Assembly (NCBI RefSeq): GCF_009914755.1 | Contig: NC_060937.1 | Reading direction: 5' to 3' (one strand) | From: the human T2T-CHM13v2.0 reference genome, Homo sapiens | DNA: 64,000 nucleotides | In this document: one piece after another, positions 44,101 through 58,273 of the stretch | Position numbering within the stretch: the first letter of the stretch is position 1 | How the letters are laid out: the number at the start of each line of letters is the position of its first letter | Translations under genes and position numbers: made by a program | The notes under the pieces: model-generated | What the model saw: the letters and a program-made list of their open reading frames with translations, nothing else | Database searches by the model: none | What the model was told of the DNA's origin: nothing

Positions 44101-45354
44101 AGAACATTATAGACTAAATACACCTGACAGACATGTAGATAACACTCCACCTAACAACAGCAGAATACATTGTTCTCAATTGCACATGGAACATTACCCA
44201 GAATAGACAATATAGTAGGCCGCAAAACAAATCTTCATAAATTTCAAAGATTGAAATTATATAAAGTACTTTTCTGATTACAATAAAGCTAGTACTCAAT
44301 AACAGAATACCTGAAAAATACACAAATATTTGGAAATTAAATAACATACTCTTAAACAATCAATGGATCAAAGAAGAAATCACAAGGGAAATTAGAAATT
44401 AACTAGAGAAATGGGATGCAGCAAAAGCAGTATTAAGAGGGAAATTTCTAACTATAAATGCTTATATTAAAAAAAGAAGAAAGATCTAAAAAAAAAAAAA
44501 CCTAAATTTCCTCTTACAGAACTAGAAAAAGAGAAACAAACTAAACCTAAAGTTTGAAAAATGAAGGAAATAATAGATCAGTGGAGAGATAAACAAAATA
44601 GGGAATAGAAAAACAGTAGAGAAAAACCAGTGAAACTAAAAGTTGGTTCTTTGAACAGATTAACAAAATTGACAAACCTGTAACCAGACTGACTAATAAA
44701 CTAATAAAAAAAAAGTGACTCAAAAATGAGAAAGCAAAGTGAGATATTACTATTGATGTTGTAGAAATAAAAAATTAAGACAATGCTATGAACATTAGTA
44801 AGACAAAAAATTGTCTAACCTTAATAAAATACACAAATTTCTAGAAATACACAACTACAAAAATTAAATTATGAAGAACTAGAAAATATGAGTAGACCTA
44901 TAGCTAGCAAGTAGATTAAATGAGTAATCAAAAACCTTCCAATAAAGAAAAGTCCTGAGCCAGATGGCTTCACTGGTAAATTACAAACATTTAAGGAATT
45001 AACAACAATCCTCAATGTTTCCAAAAAATTGCAGAGGAGGGAACATTTCCCAACTCATTTTATGAAGCCAGCATTATCCTGACAGCAAAACCAGCAGATA
45101 CTACAACAAACAAAAAACCACTGCAGATAAATATCCCTTATGCATATTGATACAAAAATTATCCACAAAGTACTGGCACCCAAATTTGGTTATTAAAAGG
45201 TTTATATACCATGACCAAGTGGGACTTACTCTCAGAATGCGGAGATGGTTTGATAAATGAAAATCAGAGAAATATACCACATTAACAGAACCAAGGAAAA
45301 CAAACCCAAAACATAATCATCTCAATTGATGCAAAAAAAAAGCATTTGACAAAG
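41128..45354 (+). mobile_element. Ancient L1M element: 5'UTR, ORF1 and first half of ORF2, 3' end missing
   Basis: 5' motif CAAAATTGTGGACTAGGAAGCTCCA, ORF1 coiled-coil ORF 42314-42598 (ENQTEILELKNTITEMKNSL), ORF2 endonuclease region from ~43600, ending at IISIDAKK/AFDK. Confidence 0.85.
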
Positions 45355-45369
45355 TAACAATTGTGACTT

Positions 45370-45615
45370 ATCTTTATTTGGAATGTCCTATGTGCCAAGC
45401 ACTACGATAGGTGTTTAATGTAGAATCTTTTGAATTCTATTACATGTTTTAGGGCAATACCCTAAAACATATATTATACTAATGTCTTCCTCTTACATAT
45501 AAAGAAACTGATATTCAGAGTATTGAAGTAATTTATCAAAATCATACATATAAGTAAGGAGTAAAGTCAGTCAGATATTTCAGGTTTGAGATTACAAAGC
45601 CTAGGCTGTTTCTCC
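45370..45615 (-). mobile_element. MIR SINE
   Basis: GTCCTATGTGCCAAGCACTA...TTACATATAAAGAAACTGATATTCAGAG. Confidence 0.65.
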
Positions 45616-46646
45616 TATGTAGGGCCTTTTGCTCTGGCATCCAAGGAGAGTCAAAAGGAAGGTCCCTAATTGAGAAAGTCAATTTTCATAAATTTGACAA
45701 ATTTTATAAAAGCTGACTGGCTTCATAAAACAGTCTTTGGTATCTTTATCCCCCTCCCCTCCCCACTGGTAATAGAGTACTATTATTTTGATTATATATT
45801 AACTTCTTTTGCTGAAATGTGGGTCCTGTCCATCTCACTCCAGTACTGACTTTGAACTACTGGATGTTGTCCCTTCACTTTTTACAGTCTCTTCAGGGAA
45901 AAAAGGGTGTGTAGGGAATCAGCAGCATAATAATTGAGCAGCAACAGCAGGGCCACTAAAAGATGCAGAAAATCAAAAGGAAATGAATAAACTGAGAAAG
46001 CTGGAATCAATTTGGTTTTGACTCAGAGTCATACTCTGTTTTGAAAAAAAAAAAAAAATCTCTTTAAAAGGTTGGTGCCAGCTCACTGGAATTAAGTTAT
46101 AAATAAAAATCAGAATTACAGCGTCCAATTTTTTTATGGGTTTTTAATAGGTACATTGTTTAGCTTCCTGACAAACTGATGAAATGCAGACCTGCGAAGT
46201 CACATAAATGCCTGTGGCATTTGTTTACTTGGACTATTAGAATAAAAGAGATCTTTTGAGGTTATACCCTTTTTGTAGTGAAACTCAAAATTGTGCTTCT
46301 GCAGACTTCTGAATTTGTACATGTTAAACTTTTAAAACCACTCTCAAATCTATTACTGTGCCTTAGCACAGCAGCTGGGGAGGTGGTTTACCTGTTGGGC
46401 CAGGTGTTCCCACTTTACAGGTGATCTTTTCAGGCTAGGAAGTGGAAGAGCAGATGAGGATTCAATTTTTGTGATGCAACCCGAGGTGAAGGGACATTAA
46501 TTCGGTCTGAAAGTCTGGGTTTCTATCAGCTGTAGAGACTTGCGATTTCTGAGAAGTACCTGGCATGTGAACTGGCTTTTAACCTGCATTATCTACAATA
46601 AGTAACTCCACACTTCGGTTTAGGTTCCATTTATTGCCCTCTGCTC

Positions 46647-46653
46647 GCTCTTG

Positions 46654-46685
<32 letters not shown>

Positions 46686-46982
46686 TTCTTTCTTTCTTCT
46701 TTGGTTTGAGACAGAGTTGCCAGGCTGGACTGGAGTGCAGTGGCGCCATCTTGGCTTACTGCAGCCTCTGCCTCCCAGGTTCAAGCAATTCTCCTGCCTC
46801 GGCCTCCTGAGTAGCTGGGACTACAGGCGCGTGCCACCACGCCTGGCTAATTTTTTGTGTTTTTAGTAGAGACGGGGTTTCGCCATGTTGGCCAGGATGG
46901 TCTTGAACTCCTGACCTCATGATCCACCCACCTCAGCCTCCCAAAGTGCTGGGATTACAGGCGTGAGCCACCATGCCCAGCC
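46647..46982 (-). mobile_element. AluS (Sg/Sx-like) with a (CT)n-derived tail
   Basis: Antisense dimer; TSD CCCTCTGCTC at 46637-46646 and 46984-46993. Confidence 0.93.
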
Positions 46983-48714
46983 ACCCTCTGCTCTTTCATA
47001 GCTTTGCAACAGCCTCTCTCCATCACTAGCCACATGCATAGGGATCATAGACCTGCCAATGACAAGAGGAGCACTTAACGTTAAGCAAGTGCTGGCCACT
47101 CTGTAAATCAGATTTAATATCATACCAGCTTCACAATTCAAACCCAAGTTGTTTTATATGAACCGGGCCTATTAAAGATAAAGCCTGACCTCCCCATCCC
47201 CCTTAAAAAAATGGAAGTTTAAAAGAGAAAAGATTGAAAAAAAGGAAAGAAAACTTCTATTTGTACTTCACACCAGGTCAGGTGACTACTGCTATCAAAA
47301 TGCTTTAAACACGCGAAATAGAGTTGCATTAAGCAATAATTTCCTATCACTGAGAGAATCTGCTTATTAAATTTGCCAGAAGATGTCCTACCTTGCAGCC
47401 AAAATGACAGACTTGTGAATTTCATGCCACTGGGTGTGGGTGGCATTTCAGCCTTTCATCTCTGAAGGTAGAGGGTACAGGTAGGTCTCAGGCAAAGGCA
47501 TTGATGGCCTCTTTATGGCCCTGCCTTTCCAGGTGGAGGTAGTTTTGGTTTTTAAGAAAACCTGGGGAGTGGGGACAGGAGTGGGGACAGCAAGTTAGCA
47601 GGTATGGTCTACCTGGAGGTCAGGTATCCCTGATCAGGAGCAACTCAGGGAGGAAACATGCCACTCAGGCTAATCAGCGCCTGTGATACCATCCACTTCC
47701 CTACTAAAATATTGACTAAACCCTTAAACAAAAGACTGGCTAATCCTCAAAGATCAATTCTGCCCTCTGGGGTTTTTCCTAATCAATCTCACCCTTGTGG
47801 GTCATGGGAGACATAGTCTTTGCCTTCAGGGAACACTGGGTGTGGATTGCAATGCCCTGTCTGCACTTTTGAATTTTGCAGGTCATTTAACTCTGCTATC
47901 AGCGTTAACTTTGTTCAAGTTTAAATCTAGAAATATTTTTCTTCTTATTCGCTGAAACCTTCCTCAACCCACTGCTCACTCCCCTCTCAAAACAAGCCTT
48001 TGTGTGGTTAGGAGTAAAACTGTGCCAGGGTGTAGCCTGCCCTCAGCAGAATGGAAGTGGAATGTGCCCTTTTGCTTGGATAATCTTTGTGTCTAAAAAT
48101 AGAAGAGACACCCCTTACCGTACTGGTGACACACAGACTCATGGGAGATGAATAATCATATTGACAGTCATTTTGGGGGTAAGCAATAGAGAACAATGGG
48201 TAAAAACTGATCCTAAATTATAAAAATGAATATCACAAATTTCAAAAGATATTTTCATTGTAAGCTGGAGTTTTTGTTCCTTGCTCAATTCCTCTGCCCT
48301 TTTAATTTTTTTATTTTTATAAGCCAAAGCAGTTGCCCTCATTCACAACCTTTTATTTACCAGATTGTGGACAGGGCACCTCCTCCATGTCAGGGGCACT
48401 CACACTCCCTGCATTCTCTTTGAGAGGTCTGACTGCCAGGCTGGCCGGGGAAGATGTGCATTGGTACATTCGAGGCATCAGAAGATAGAACACTTGTGAC
48501 CTTACATCCTTTAGGTAAAGACACTTCCCCTACACTTTCCAATAATAAACCAACTTTCACGTTGTGTAATGTAGATTTGCAGGTGACTCTGTAAACAGTC
48601 ATTTTTCCATTGCAAATTTAGGATACTTTACCAGCAATTTGCTTATTTTCAATAAATGGTAAAATAAAAGTAAGGGACACTCAACTGGAGTGAAACATGA
48701 GATGCATAACTTGA

Positions 48715-49139
<425 letters not shown>

Positions 49140-49589
49140 AGGACTACAGTGTTTTTGATGATAACAGCACACTGAGCCCTGGGGTGGAATGTCTTAGCAG
49201 ATAACGGTGAACAAGATGAGTTCACTATGCCCATAAATGTCTTTGCAGAAGGGCCCACATGATGCAATGTAGGGCCAAAAGTGAGGTTATATGAATCTCC
49301 TAGCCACTCTCTCCAAACCTGCAGACCGAATAAATATTGCTCCAAGTTGCCTGGAACTGGGAACTTGCCTAGGGACAGAACTGCAGCCTGGTCTTAGAGC
49401 AAATAATGCTCAAAGCCAGAAGTCACTTTACAGGTCGCAGAGGCCAACTTCCTTGATGTACATTCTAAGGCTCGAATGTTCAATGTTTAGTACTCTGGAG
49501 TGGGAGAGCAAGGACAAGAACGGAAACAGAATTCTGACACCCAGCTATCCCACTGTCTTTCATGGAAGCCGTAGTTCCTGCAAAAGATA

Positions 49590-49757
49590 TCTTAAGATGT
49601 ATCAATATTAAATTTATAGAAGTTGATAACTGTATTCTGGTAATGTATAAAAATGCCCCTATTCTTAGGAAATAAACCCTGAAATATTTAAGGGTAAAAG
49701 ACCATGACATATGTAACTTACTTCAAATGGCTCAGAAAAGAAATTTGATGATAAATC

Positions 49758-49807
<50 letters not shown>

Positions 49808-49940
49808 GGAATAGCAAATGATAAAGCAGATGGGTAAAATGTCAGGTAAATCTGGGTAGAGGATTTCAATTGTGTTTATACATTTTATTTTTAAGCAAGC
49901 TGTCTGTAAGTTTCAAATTATTTCCAAATAAACAGTTTTT
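49590..49940 (+). mobile_element. L1MC/MD 3' end fragment
   Basis: CTATTCTTAGGAAATAAACCCTGAAATATTTAAGGGTAAA...CTGTAAGTTTCAAATTATTTCCAAATAAA. Confidence 0.7.
49761..49804 (+). repeat. (GATA)11 tetranucleotide STR
   Basis: Eleven perfect GATA units. Confidence 0.97.
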
Positions 49941-50339
49941 AAAATTTGCCACACAGACAAAAGCTATTTTAGGATGATAAAAGAGGCAAACTCCTCAGGC
50001 CTCTGCCTTGAGTTGGCCGTGTTTAGGATGGAAAGACTTCTAGCACCCTACTAGAGGCTGTAGAATTTGGAAAGCAAAGACTTCTCAGCTCATCTGGTGA
50101 GATGGATTTACTGGGTAATTTAAAAAAATTATATGGGTGTGTTCATTTCTCTTGTTCATTCATCTTAGTGGCCAGGTATACTTCCTGCAGTTTAAAGTTG
50201 AATGAGTCAGCTATAATTTGGGGTAAAATTATCGGTTTATCACAGTGTGCAAAGGTGCCCAATGAATACTGAGTTTAAGGAAACAGACATGTATCTTTAG
50301 GACAGTGACAGAACAAATTGAACATTTGCAAGTACTCAA

Positions 50340-50540
50340 CATTTTGTGAAACATTTTCATACGTATTTTGTCATTTGATTTTACCCCAAGATTTGAAGTG
50401 CAGGAATTCATCCCATTGTGCAGTTGAGGAAACTGAGGCTCAGAAAGGCTAGTTCTTAATTACAGAGCTGTAAGTAGTGGGGCTGAGACTTGAGTCTTAC
50501 TATTAGAAATTCTGTGCTCTTGTCACTAGGCTATGCTACC
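50340..50540 (-). mobile_element. MIR SINE
   Basis: CATCCCATTGTGCAGTTGAGGAAACTGAGGCTCAGAAAGG. Confidence 0.75.
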
Positions 50541-51125
50541 CTGTCTGCAGCTAGAGCAGTACACCCTCCAGCAGACATTTACTATGTGCATTCTAAGTGT
50601 CAGATATTGTACATGGCTCTGAAATCTGTGTTCCTGCTGCTCCTATGTGCTTAGTAAAATGGTGCTAATAAACTGCAAAACACTTTACTTTTTGGCCATT
50701 TAAAAAATTTCATTAGAGAAATACATACAAATGCCTGTTTTGTTTTGCTATTTTTGCCTTCATTTTCGTGTGCATGTAGAGACCCATTTTAGCTTTTATC
50801 ATAAATGTGGTACCAATATACCTCACAAAGATAATCATAACACCTCCTGGGAGGTACTTGGGAGTTTACCTAATCCAAATTTTTCATCTTTAGAGATAAG
50901 AAAATTAACACCAAAAGCTTCAAGAAAATTGTCTAAAGGCACACAGCTAGTTAGACGCTGAGCCAGGACTGGAAATCAAATGTCTGATTACAGGTTTAGT
51001 TTATTCCTCCTGGAAAAGAAATAGTTTTTAGCAAAGTGTAGTTGGTTTTATATTAATACTTTTTTTTCCTTGACATCTTTTAAAAAGGGATAGGCTAAAA
51101 AGGGATGCTTTTATGTTGAATATAC

Positions 51126-51170
51126 GTGTGTGTGTGTGTTTGTCTGTGTGTCTGTGCGTATGTGTGTGTA
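51126..51170 (+). repeat. Interrupted (TG)n
   Basis: TG dinucleotide tract with interruptions. Confidence 0.85.
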
Positions 51171-51423
51171 TTCCTGATGTAAACATACAAGAAGATTAAC
51201 AATTAAGCATATTCATCCAGAAGAAGAGGGAAGAACTCAGATCAGCTCTGTTCTGTGTTATATTTGTCTCTCCTAATCAAAACCATATGAGAAGCTAGAA
51301 AAGAACCCAGAGCCCAGTATGACTGCCAAAGATGAAGAAGAGACAACAGAGAAAGAAAAATGAGGGAAGAGTGAAGCAGAGACCCCATATTATTTCCAAC
51401 ATTTTAGCACACGCTCGCACTTC

Positions 51424-51520
51424 CATTCTTTATCAGATAAGAATGTTTTGCGCACATTGGGCCAATTTACGCTGCACAGGAAAGCCTGTAGCTGTGCTCT
51501 CGGCCCACCACTTCCTGTGG
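51424..51520. promoter_or_regulatory. Candidate enhancer: GATA palindrome, inverted CCAAT pair, ETS site
   Basis: TTATC-A-GATAA at 51430-51440, TTGCGCAC at 51448-51455, ATTGG-G-CCAAT at 51456-51466, CACTTCCTGT at 51509-51518. Confidence 0.35.
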
Positions 51521-51690
51521 GAGTCAGCAAAACAGGCTCAGCCCTTCCATTCCTTTGACCAAAATGCTTCCAAGTCCTAGCTAGGAAGGGCCCCATTGCT
51601 TATCTGGCCATTTGATGGAAGGAGTCCACAGTCAACTCTTGGCAGTCATTAGGAAAATAGTGTCCATTTCTCAGGTATCTTTTCCCACTC

Positions 51691-51722
51691 TGTGTGTGTG
51701 TGCGTGTGTGTGTGTGTGTGTG
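51691..51722 (+). repeat. (TG)n microsatellite
   Basis: About 16 units with one CG interruption. Confidence 0.9.
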
Positions 51723-52654
51723 AATAAGAAAGCTTAACCTTTTTTGGGCTCACTGCACTCCAGTGCCTCACTATTCATGCAAGTTAATTCTTTACAGTTG
51801 TAATGATCTCTTCCCTTGTCCCACGACAATGTAGGTCTTCAGGTGCAGGGAAAGGTCTTCTACCCAACGGAACCAACTTTCACCCCACCTCTTCACTGCT
51901 ACCAGAGTCCCTCTTCAGAGGGGCTCTACTTCACATTCTGGGATGCAGAGACTCACAGTGTTTCTTTCCAATACATCATCCTAGGAGAGGAAAAAATCAT
52001 TGGGAGGCTGCCCATTGAGATCCACTCTTTGGAGTCTCATTCCGAAACCAGCTTCTCCTGAGGCCAAGTGGCAAAGACAGATAAATAATATGGTGTCATT
52101 TAATTTACTCTAAAATAGTATTTAAAAAGGTTTAGTTTATGATCATCTCCAGATGTTTTCGCAGGAGTCCTTACTTCTCCTGCATCCCTCTCACACTGGT
52201 CATCCCTATTCTACTGGTTCTATATCTCATAGTTTGTTTCCTAGGTGCCACCGTCACCAAACAACTGCTAAGGATTTCTGTCACCCGTCTTCCTCTTGGT
52301 GTCTCTGCGGGTCTGAGATGGGAATGGGGAGAAGGAGCAGCTGGCTCCCCTGATTTAAAATCCCTGTCCCTGGAGCTGCCATTCTGCTGGGGCTTTTCTT
52401 GAAGGATTTTCTCTGAGGGCTCTTGTCCCTCACCCCAACCCAAATAGACTCTTGTGAAAAACAGAGCTCTAGTTGGAAGGCTCTTTTGGCAGACTGAGTG
52501 CCCTCAGAGTCTTTTGGTCTCCTTGCAATAAGGGAGCTCTCCCCAGAGCTGATTCTAGGCCAATTCTAAGAGTACAGGAAGAAAAATGGAAATTTTTCAT
52601 TCAGGGATTGAGCCCCAGGAGGTGAAAGAGTGCTCCTGTCATCTGCATAGTTAG

Positions 52655-53170
52655 TATAGGAGAAGAAAAGCACCATTTTCTCACCAAAGCTAGGTTTGTG
52701 GCTGAGGCCTCTATAACAAAAGGCTGATAACGAGAGAAAAGCATACAAATGTATTTAGTATAAGTTTTATGTGGCACGAAAGCCTTCATAAGGAAATAGA
52801 GACACAAAGAAATAGTAAACTTGTGTATTTTTATGCTAAGTTTGATGAAGAGTAGACAGTTGTGGAAGAATATGCTTGGATCTAATAACTGGGGGGAACT
52901 TAGCAAGACTCGTTTGTTTAGATTCTTCTCTGTGACCCTGTATCTTCAGAGATAAGGCTATGCCTTTTCTCTGGGTATAGGGAGGGCACCTCATGGATGA
53001 GGGTCTCATGCCCTGCATCCGGGGAAGGTCAGAAAATGCTTTTTAGGTTTTATGACCTGCTGCAGGTGAGAAAGGTGGGGGGAAGATCAGAGTGACCTTC
53101 CTGCTTCTGCAGTTTTCTAAAATTCTTTCAGCTTAAAATATTCTGGGGTAGTGTGTCCTGAACCCCATCA
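52655..53170 (-). mobile_element. Solo ERV1 LTR, MER34/MER39-like
   Basis: Minus strand begins TGATGGGGTTCAGGACACACTACCCCAGAATATTTTAAGCTGAAAGAATT. Confidence 0.75.
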
Positions 53171-54779
53171 ACAGTGGGAAACACAGGACCAAAAAGACTC
53201 AGATCTGAAATTCAACCCACTGTTCTTTCCAGCATCCCAGTTCTGGCAGCACCGAGCGGCAGGGAACACAAATGGGAGAGCTGGGCTGGGCGAGCTTCCT
53301 GTTCGGAGGACTTGGTCCTTTGGTTTTTGATTATATTTCTTACTGAGTAGAAAGAATTATTTATTTTCATTAGGAAATCTGGAGGAGTAAAAGGCCTAGA
53401 AAGCATCGGTGGGGATTGTATAATTTATAACAAACTCCATGGGGGGCAGGGCACAGGAAAAGAGAATGACTGATGCGATCAAAAATTCCAGAAATGAAAG
53501 CAACCTAAAGGTCTTCATAAATATCAGAAATCAAAGATCCTAAAGATATTCTTGCCCAGTATTTTCAACATTTTAAAACTGATTTTCTCACACAACACTT
53601 TTTCAATGAAGCTTCTATGCATCTCTACAACCCGAGATAATTTTCAGTAATTTCACTTCTTATAGTTTGGGACATAAAAATATGCACCCTTATAGATTCT
53701 TCTGTGTCCCTAGAGGTACAAGGTACTTTTCTTCTCCACATCCGTGGAAATCTCTGTAGCACAATCCCTGTAGCAGATGAAGAAAAATGCCTACAGATGG
53801 CCTGCCTCAAATCCTATAGCTGGTTAGCTGGCTGCCCAAGATAAGAACACATGTTTCCTGTCTTCCAGTCAAGAGCTTTATCGTCTATAATATTCTGTGT
53901 CCCTACAGTTCAAGTGTATCAAGAATGTGAGATGTACTTAGAGTTTTCAATTCTTCAAATTCTTTAGAGTGCTCAAAATATTTCCTTGGAAAGAATTATT
54001 CGAAGCATCTTCTGGAAAACAAGCACATAGTATATCCATCATCCAAATGGTTCATTAGTCAGAGAGAGAAGCATTGATATTAGAAGCAGAGGATAGAGCC
54101 TCAGCCAAAACTTCAATCTGCCTCTGAACACAGGAGAGGGAAGTCAATGAGGATGAGAGTCACAGAAAAGAAGACACAGTGGCCATTTGAATTTGGCATG
54201 ATAAAAACTGATGAACATATAGCCCAAAGCAGTATAAGGCACGATTCCTAGGTTTAAAATTTTAAGAATAAAATAACCCAGACAAGTGAAATGATAATTA
54301 TTAAATGCTTATAAGTACCCCCAGGAATCTTCAGAAATTTAAACCACACTCTATAATTAATACATATGGGATTTTTTTTCTTTTAAGACAAGAAAAGTAC
54401 AATTGTACTGAGAACACACAAAGGAAAATAGGAGAGTTCACCTTGAAAGATATAAAATGCATGTCCCTCTGAGAGTGAGAAAGAAGGTGGGCTCTGACCA
54501 GAGGAACCCTGAGAACTACAAGTGACAAGAAAGGACAGCAGTCCCTGGAAGGAATGTGAAGGTGTAAGGATTAGAGGGACTTCCAAGGCTTTTGTAAAAG
54601 GAATAGAGAGAAAAGAAACAGGAGGTCCATTAGTAAGAAGAAAGATGGATTTAATGATGAAAATAACATTATTGAGATAATTAACTGCATCAATAAATTT
54701 CTCTATTAAAAAGAAGAAAGAAAATATATCCCCAGAATCCCCTGGAATCTTTTCTTTTTGGGGGGGTTGGAGGGAGCAG

Positions 54780-55080
54780 AATCTGAACCTTTTTACAATT
54801 GGACACAAGTAAACAAGCAAATTTTACAATAAAATGAGTTCCAAAGCAAGCAAAATTTATCTATGGTATTAGAAGTTGAGGGAAGGTTAGCTTGGGGAGG
54901 AAGGACCGGGACTTCTGGGACACTGGCAATGTTGTTTCCACACCCTTGTGGGGTTATGAGAGGGGTGGTACTTGATGAAGATACGTTGGGCTGGATACTG
55001 TGACCCATATGCTTTCTTAGATGTGCTACACATTAGTAAAAAGTAAAAATCAAAACAAAATACAATGAAAGTTTAAAAAA
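54780..55080 (+). mobile_element. L1ME-like 3' end fragment
   Basis: AAGCAAAATTTATCTATGGTATTAGAAGT...GGGACTTCTGGGACACTGGCAATGTT. Confidence 0.55.
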
Positions 55081-55152
55081 TGGTAAATATGGAAACTATC
55101 ATGATATATAAACCAGAATCAAACGTGGGGTATTAAGAATAAGTAATAATAT

Positions 55153-55323
<171 letters not shown>

Positions 55324-56501
55324 TTATAAAGCAGCACAAAGATATTTTAAAAATTGCTAGATTAAAAAAAATTGCTAGAAAGCTGAAGATCAAAAACAAA
55401 GCAATAAATCAGGGTACAACCATATCCTACCTTGTCAATTAATATATTCTTGTACAAATTATATATATATATTTTTCCAGTGGATATTTCTCATGGATAG
55501 GAATTTATATCCTAATTGAAAGTAAATCATCATATTATAATTTTTCTTTTTTACAACCCAAGTTTTCAAAGATATAATTTGTTTAAATTGAAATGTTTCC
55601 AAATATGTAGAAAGGAATAAAATAATATAGCCATATGTGACTTATAAGAAAAGACTATTCAATCAGCCAAAAATAATTTGATTGCTAATTGTGTGGCCAA
55701 TTCAATACTATTTATCATTGAGCATATAAAAGAAGCAAAGGGTTTTTTTTTCTATTAAGAACAACTAATCTAACTGAGAAGGGAAGACTAACAAATATAA
55801 ATAGCACACGAAACTACGTTGTTCAATTTTATCTCTATATAAGTGACAGTAGGAGTGAAATAGTATGACCTTATGGTGTCTTAGAGTATGATTTTGATTC
55901 TCTCTTCCCCTAAACATATTTTGAAATGTTGAAAAATTATTGTATTGACTGAAATTTGTATAGATTATAAACCAAGGGTCCTCTATTTTATAGAAATCAT
56001 TGGATGGAGATCAAAATTAGATGTCACCTTCTTAAACAGATTCATTAAATTTTCAAAGAAGTAATGTACAACCATTAAATTTGCATTTGGCTCAAAAACA
56101 CAACATTTTGTGAAAACCCTAGAAAGTTTAAAAACGGGAGAGGGGAGGAAATAGGGGGAATCTCTCAAGTTGAACGTCAGTATCACTGGGAGTCAATTAC
56201 AAACACCATGAGTGGGAGGGAATTGGTCAGGACCAAGTGCCAAAAGCAATGTTGGGGTTAGAGTGTAAAGCAAATTACGTTAGAGATGGGAACATGACTT
56301 AGCAAGCAATGGTAAAAAAAATAACCAGAATCTGTGTCTCTGTCTAGCCAGTAACAAAACCTCCCACACTGAACGTGAAAAGAAATAGTGCAGAAGGATG
56401 AGCAATAGGTCATCTAAACATCCACATTTCAGCCTTGTTTCTAACCCACATTGGTGAGTGAATTAGAGGTTTTCCCTCAGTCCAGTTGACTTCCGGCTGA
56501 C

Positions 56502-56967
56502 TGTGTTAGGTTGAATAATGGCCCCACAAAAATATCTACATTGTAGGCCTCAAAACCTGTGCATACGATCCTATAAGGCAAAAGAGACTTTGCAGATGTA
56601 ATTAAGTTAAGGCTTTTGAGATGGAAAGGTTCAGGGGGCCCAGTGTAATCACAGTGGTCCTTGTAAGAGTGGGGCAAGAAGGTCAAAGGAGGAAGTAGGA
56701 GATGTGGCAATCACAGAACTTAGAGTGATCTGGGGAACAGATCAGGGACCAGGGAAAGTACACTGCCTCCAGAAGCTAGAAAAGGTAAAGGAATAGACTC
56801 TCTCCTAGATCCTCCAGAAGGAACCAGCTCTGAGAACAACTTGACTTCAGCCCAGTGAATCTGATTTTAGGCTTCTGACCTTCTGAACTGAGAGGGAATA
56901 CCTCTGTGTTGTTTTAAGCTGCTAAGTTTGTGGTAATTTGTTACAGCAGCATTAGGAAACTAATACA
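56502..56967 (+). mobile_element. MLT1 (C/D-like) MaLR solo LTR
   Basis: TGTGTTAGGTTGAATAATGGCCCC...GACTTTGCAGATGTAATTAAGTTAAGG...GGTAATTTGTTACAGCAGCATTAGGAAACTAATACA. Confidence 0.88.
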
Positions 56968-58139
56968 TTGAGTAAGATGATCAATTGAATTAGGCTTAGT
57001 TTTCCCTAGGATATTTCTCATGCGGGGTATTTAATTAGTACAATGCTTTGGCAGAGTGACAGGTAGTTAGTTCACAGCTAAGCAATGGCTTCTTTCAGAG
57101 GATTTCTTAGGTAATTTTTCTTATATTTTTTCTGCTTAATTTGTGGCTTTAGAGTCTCTACACTTGGAGTTTAATTAAATCCAGGATGGAGCCTTTGGTA
57201 TTATCAGCTTCTTGGATTGTTACAAAAACCCATTCACTGGTTAGGTTTCCTGAAATTCTTGTCTATCAGTATTCATGGCCTGACTCCAGAATGCATGGGG
57301 ACTGATACTCAAACTCCAGGAAAAAAAGAAATTGATCACATGGCTTAAGAAAATTCCTACATTTGGAAAATTGTAGATTAAAATATCAACACTTAAGGAT
57401 CTTAGGGTATTTCCATGGGGATCCTTTGACTCAAATGTCTTTTTTGGTATGTGATTTGTTCCCCTCCTCACCGCAGCAACAAAAATGTTAAAAGAATACT
57501 TAAAAAAAAAGAGTTTATCTATTAACATGTTTTCCCCCTCTTGAGGACAGAAACCATGAATTATTTTGGTTCCACAGACAGTAATTGACTGCCTACTTGA
57601 TAGTAGGTGACTGAGACTTATTTTTCAAGGAAGGAAAGGAAAGAAGGACAAAGAGGGATGGGAAGAAGAAAGCTCTTTTTTATATCTCCTTTGACACTGA
57701 GTGAATGGGGGAGCTGGGATGAATTTCATCAGTCAATATCTACAAGATTTTAAAATTCACTTATACAAAGTGTTGTGTTTACCTGCCTAGAAGCTTACTT
57801 CTGAGCCTAGATTGAAGGATAAAAATTAATGCTTTGGGTATTGAGAAATGGTGACAGAAAATGGCAGTATTGTTGAAGAAAGTTTCAAATAATATTTGAA
57901 ATACATATTTTAGCTATCTTAAATCTAAATAACTGGTTCCATGTTTTTGTGACTTTCTTTATAAAACTTGACTAACTATAGGCAGAGCCTTAGGGAAGAG
58001 TCCCATACATTGCCTAGTTATGAAAATATTGGTGTAAGAAGACACTTTCCAATGCTTCTGGAAACTTCAGTAGAATGAAAAGAACTAATACAGTAAAAGA
58101 AAAGGGTTATTGCTTAAATATGAAGGGCTCTATATATAC

Positions 58140-58273
58140 TTTTTTTTTCCCTGTATAGAGACGGGGTCTCACCATGTTGCCCAGGCTGATCTTGAACTTC
58201 TGGGCCTTAGTGATCTGCCCACCTCAGCCTCCAAAATTTCTCGGATTACAGGCAGGAGCCACCATATCTGGCC
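58140..58273 (-). mobile_element. FLAM (free left Alu monomer)
   Basis: Single antisense left arm; flanks TATATATACT / TGTATGTACT. Confidence 0.8.
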
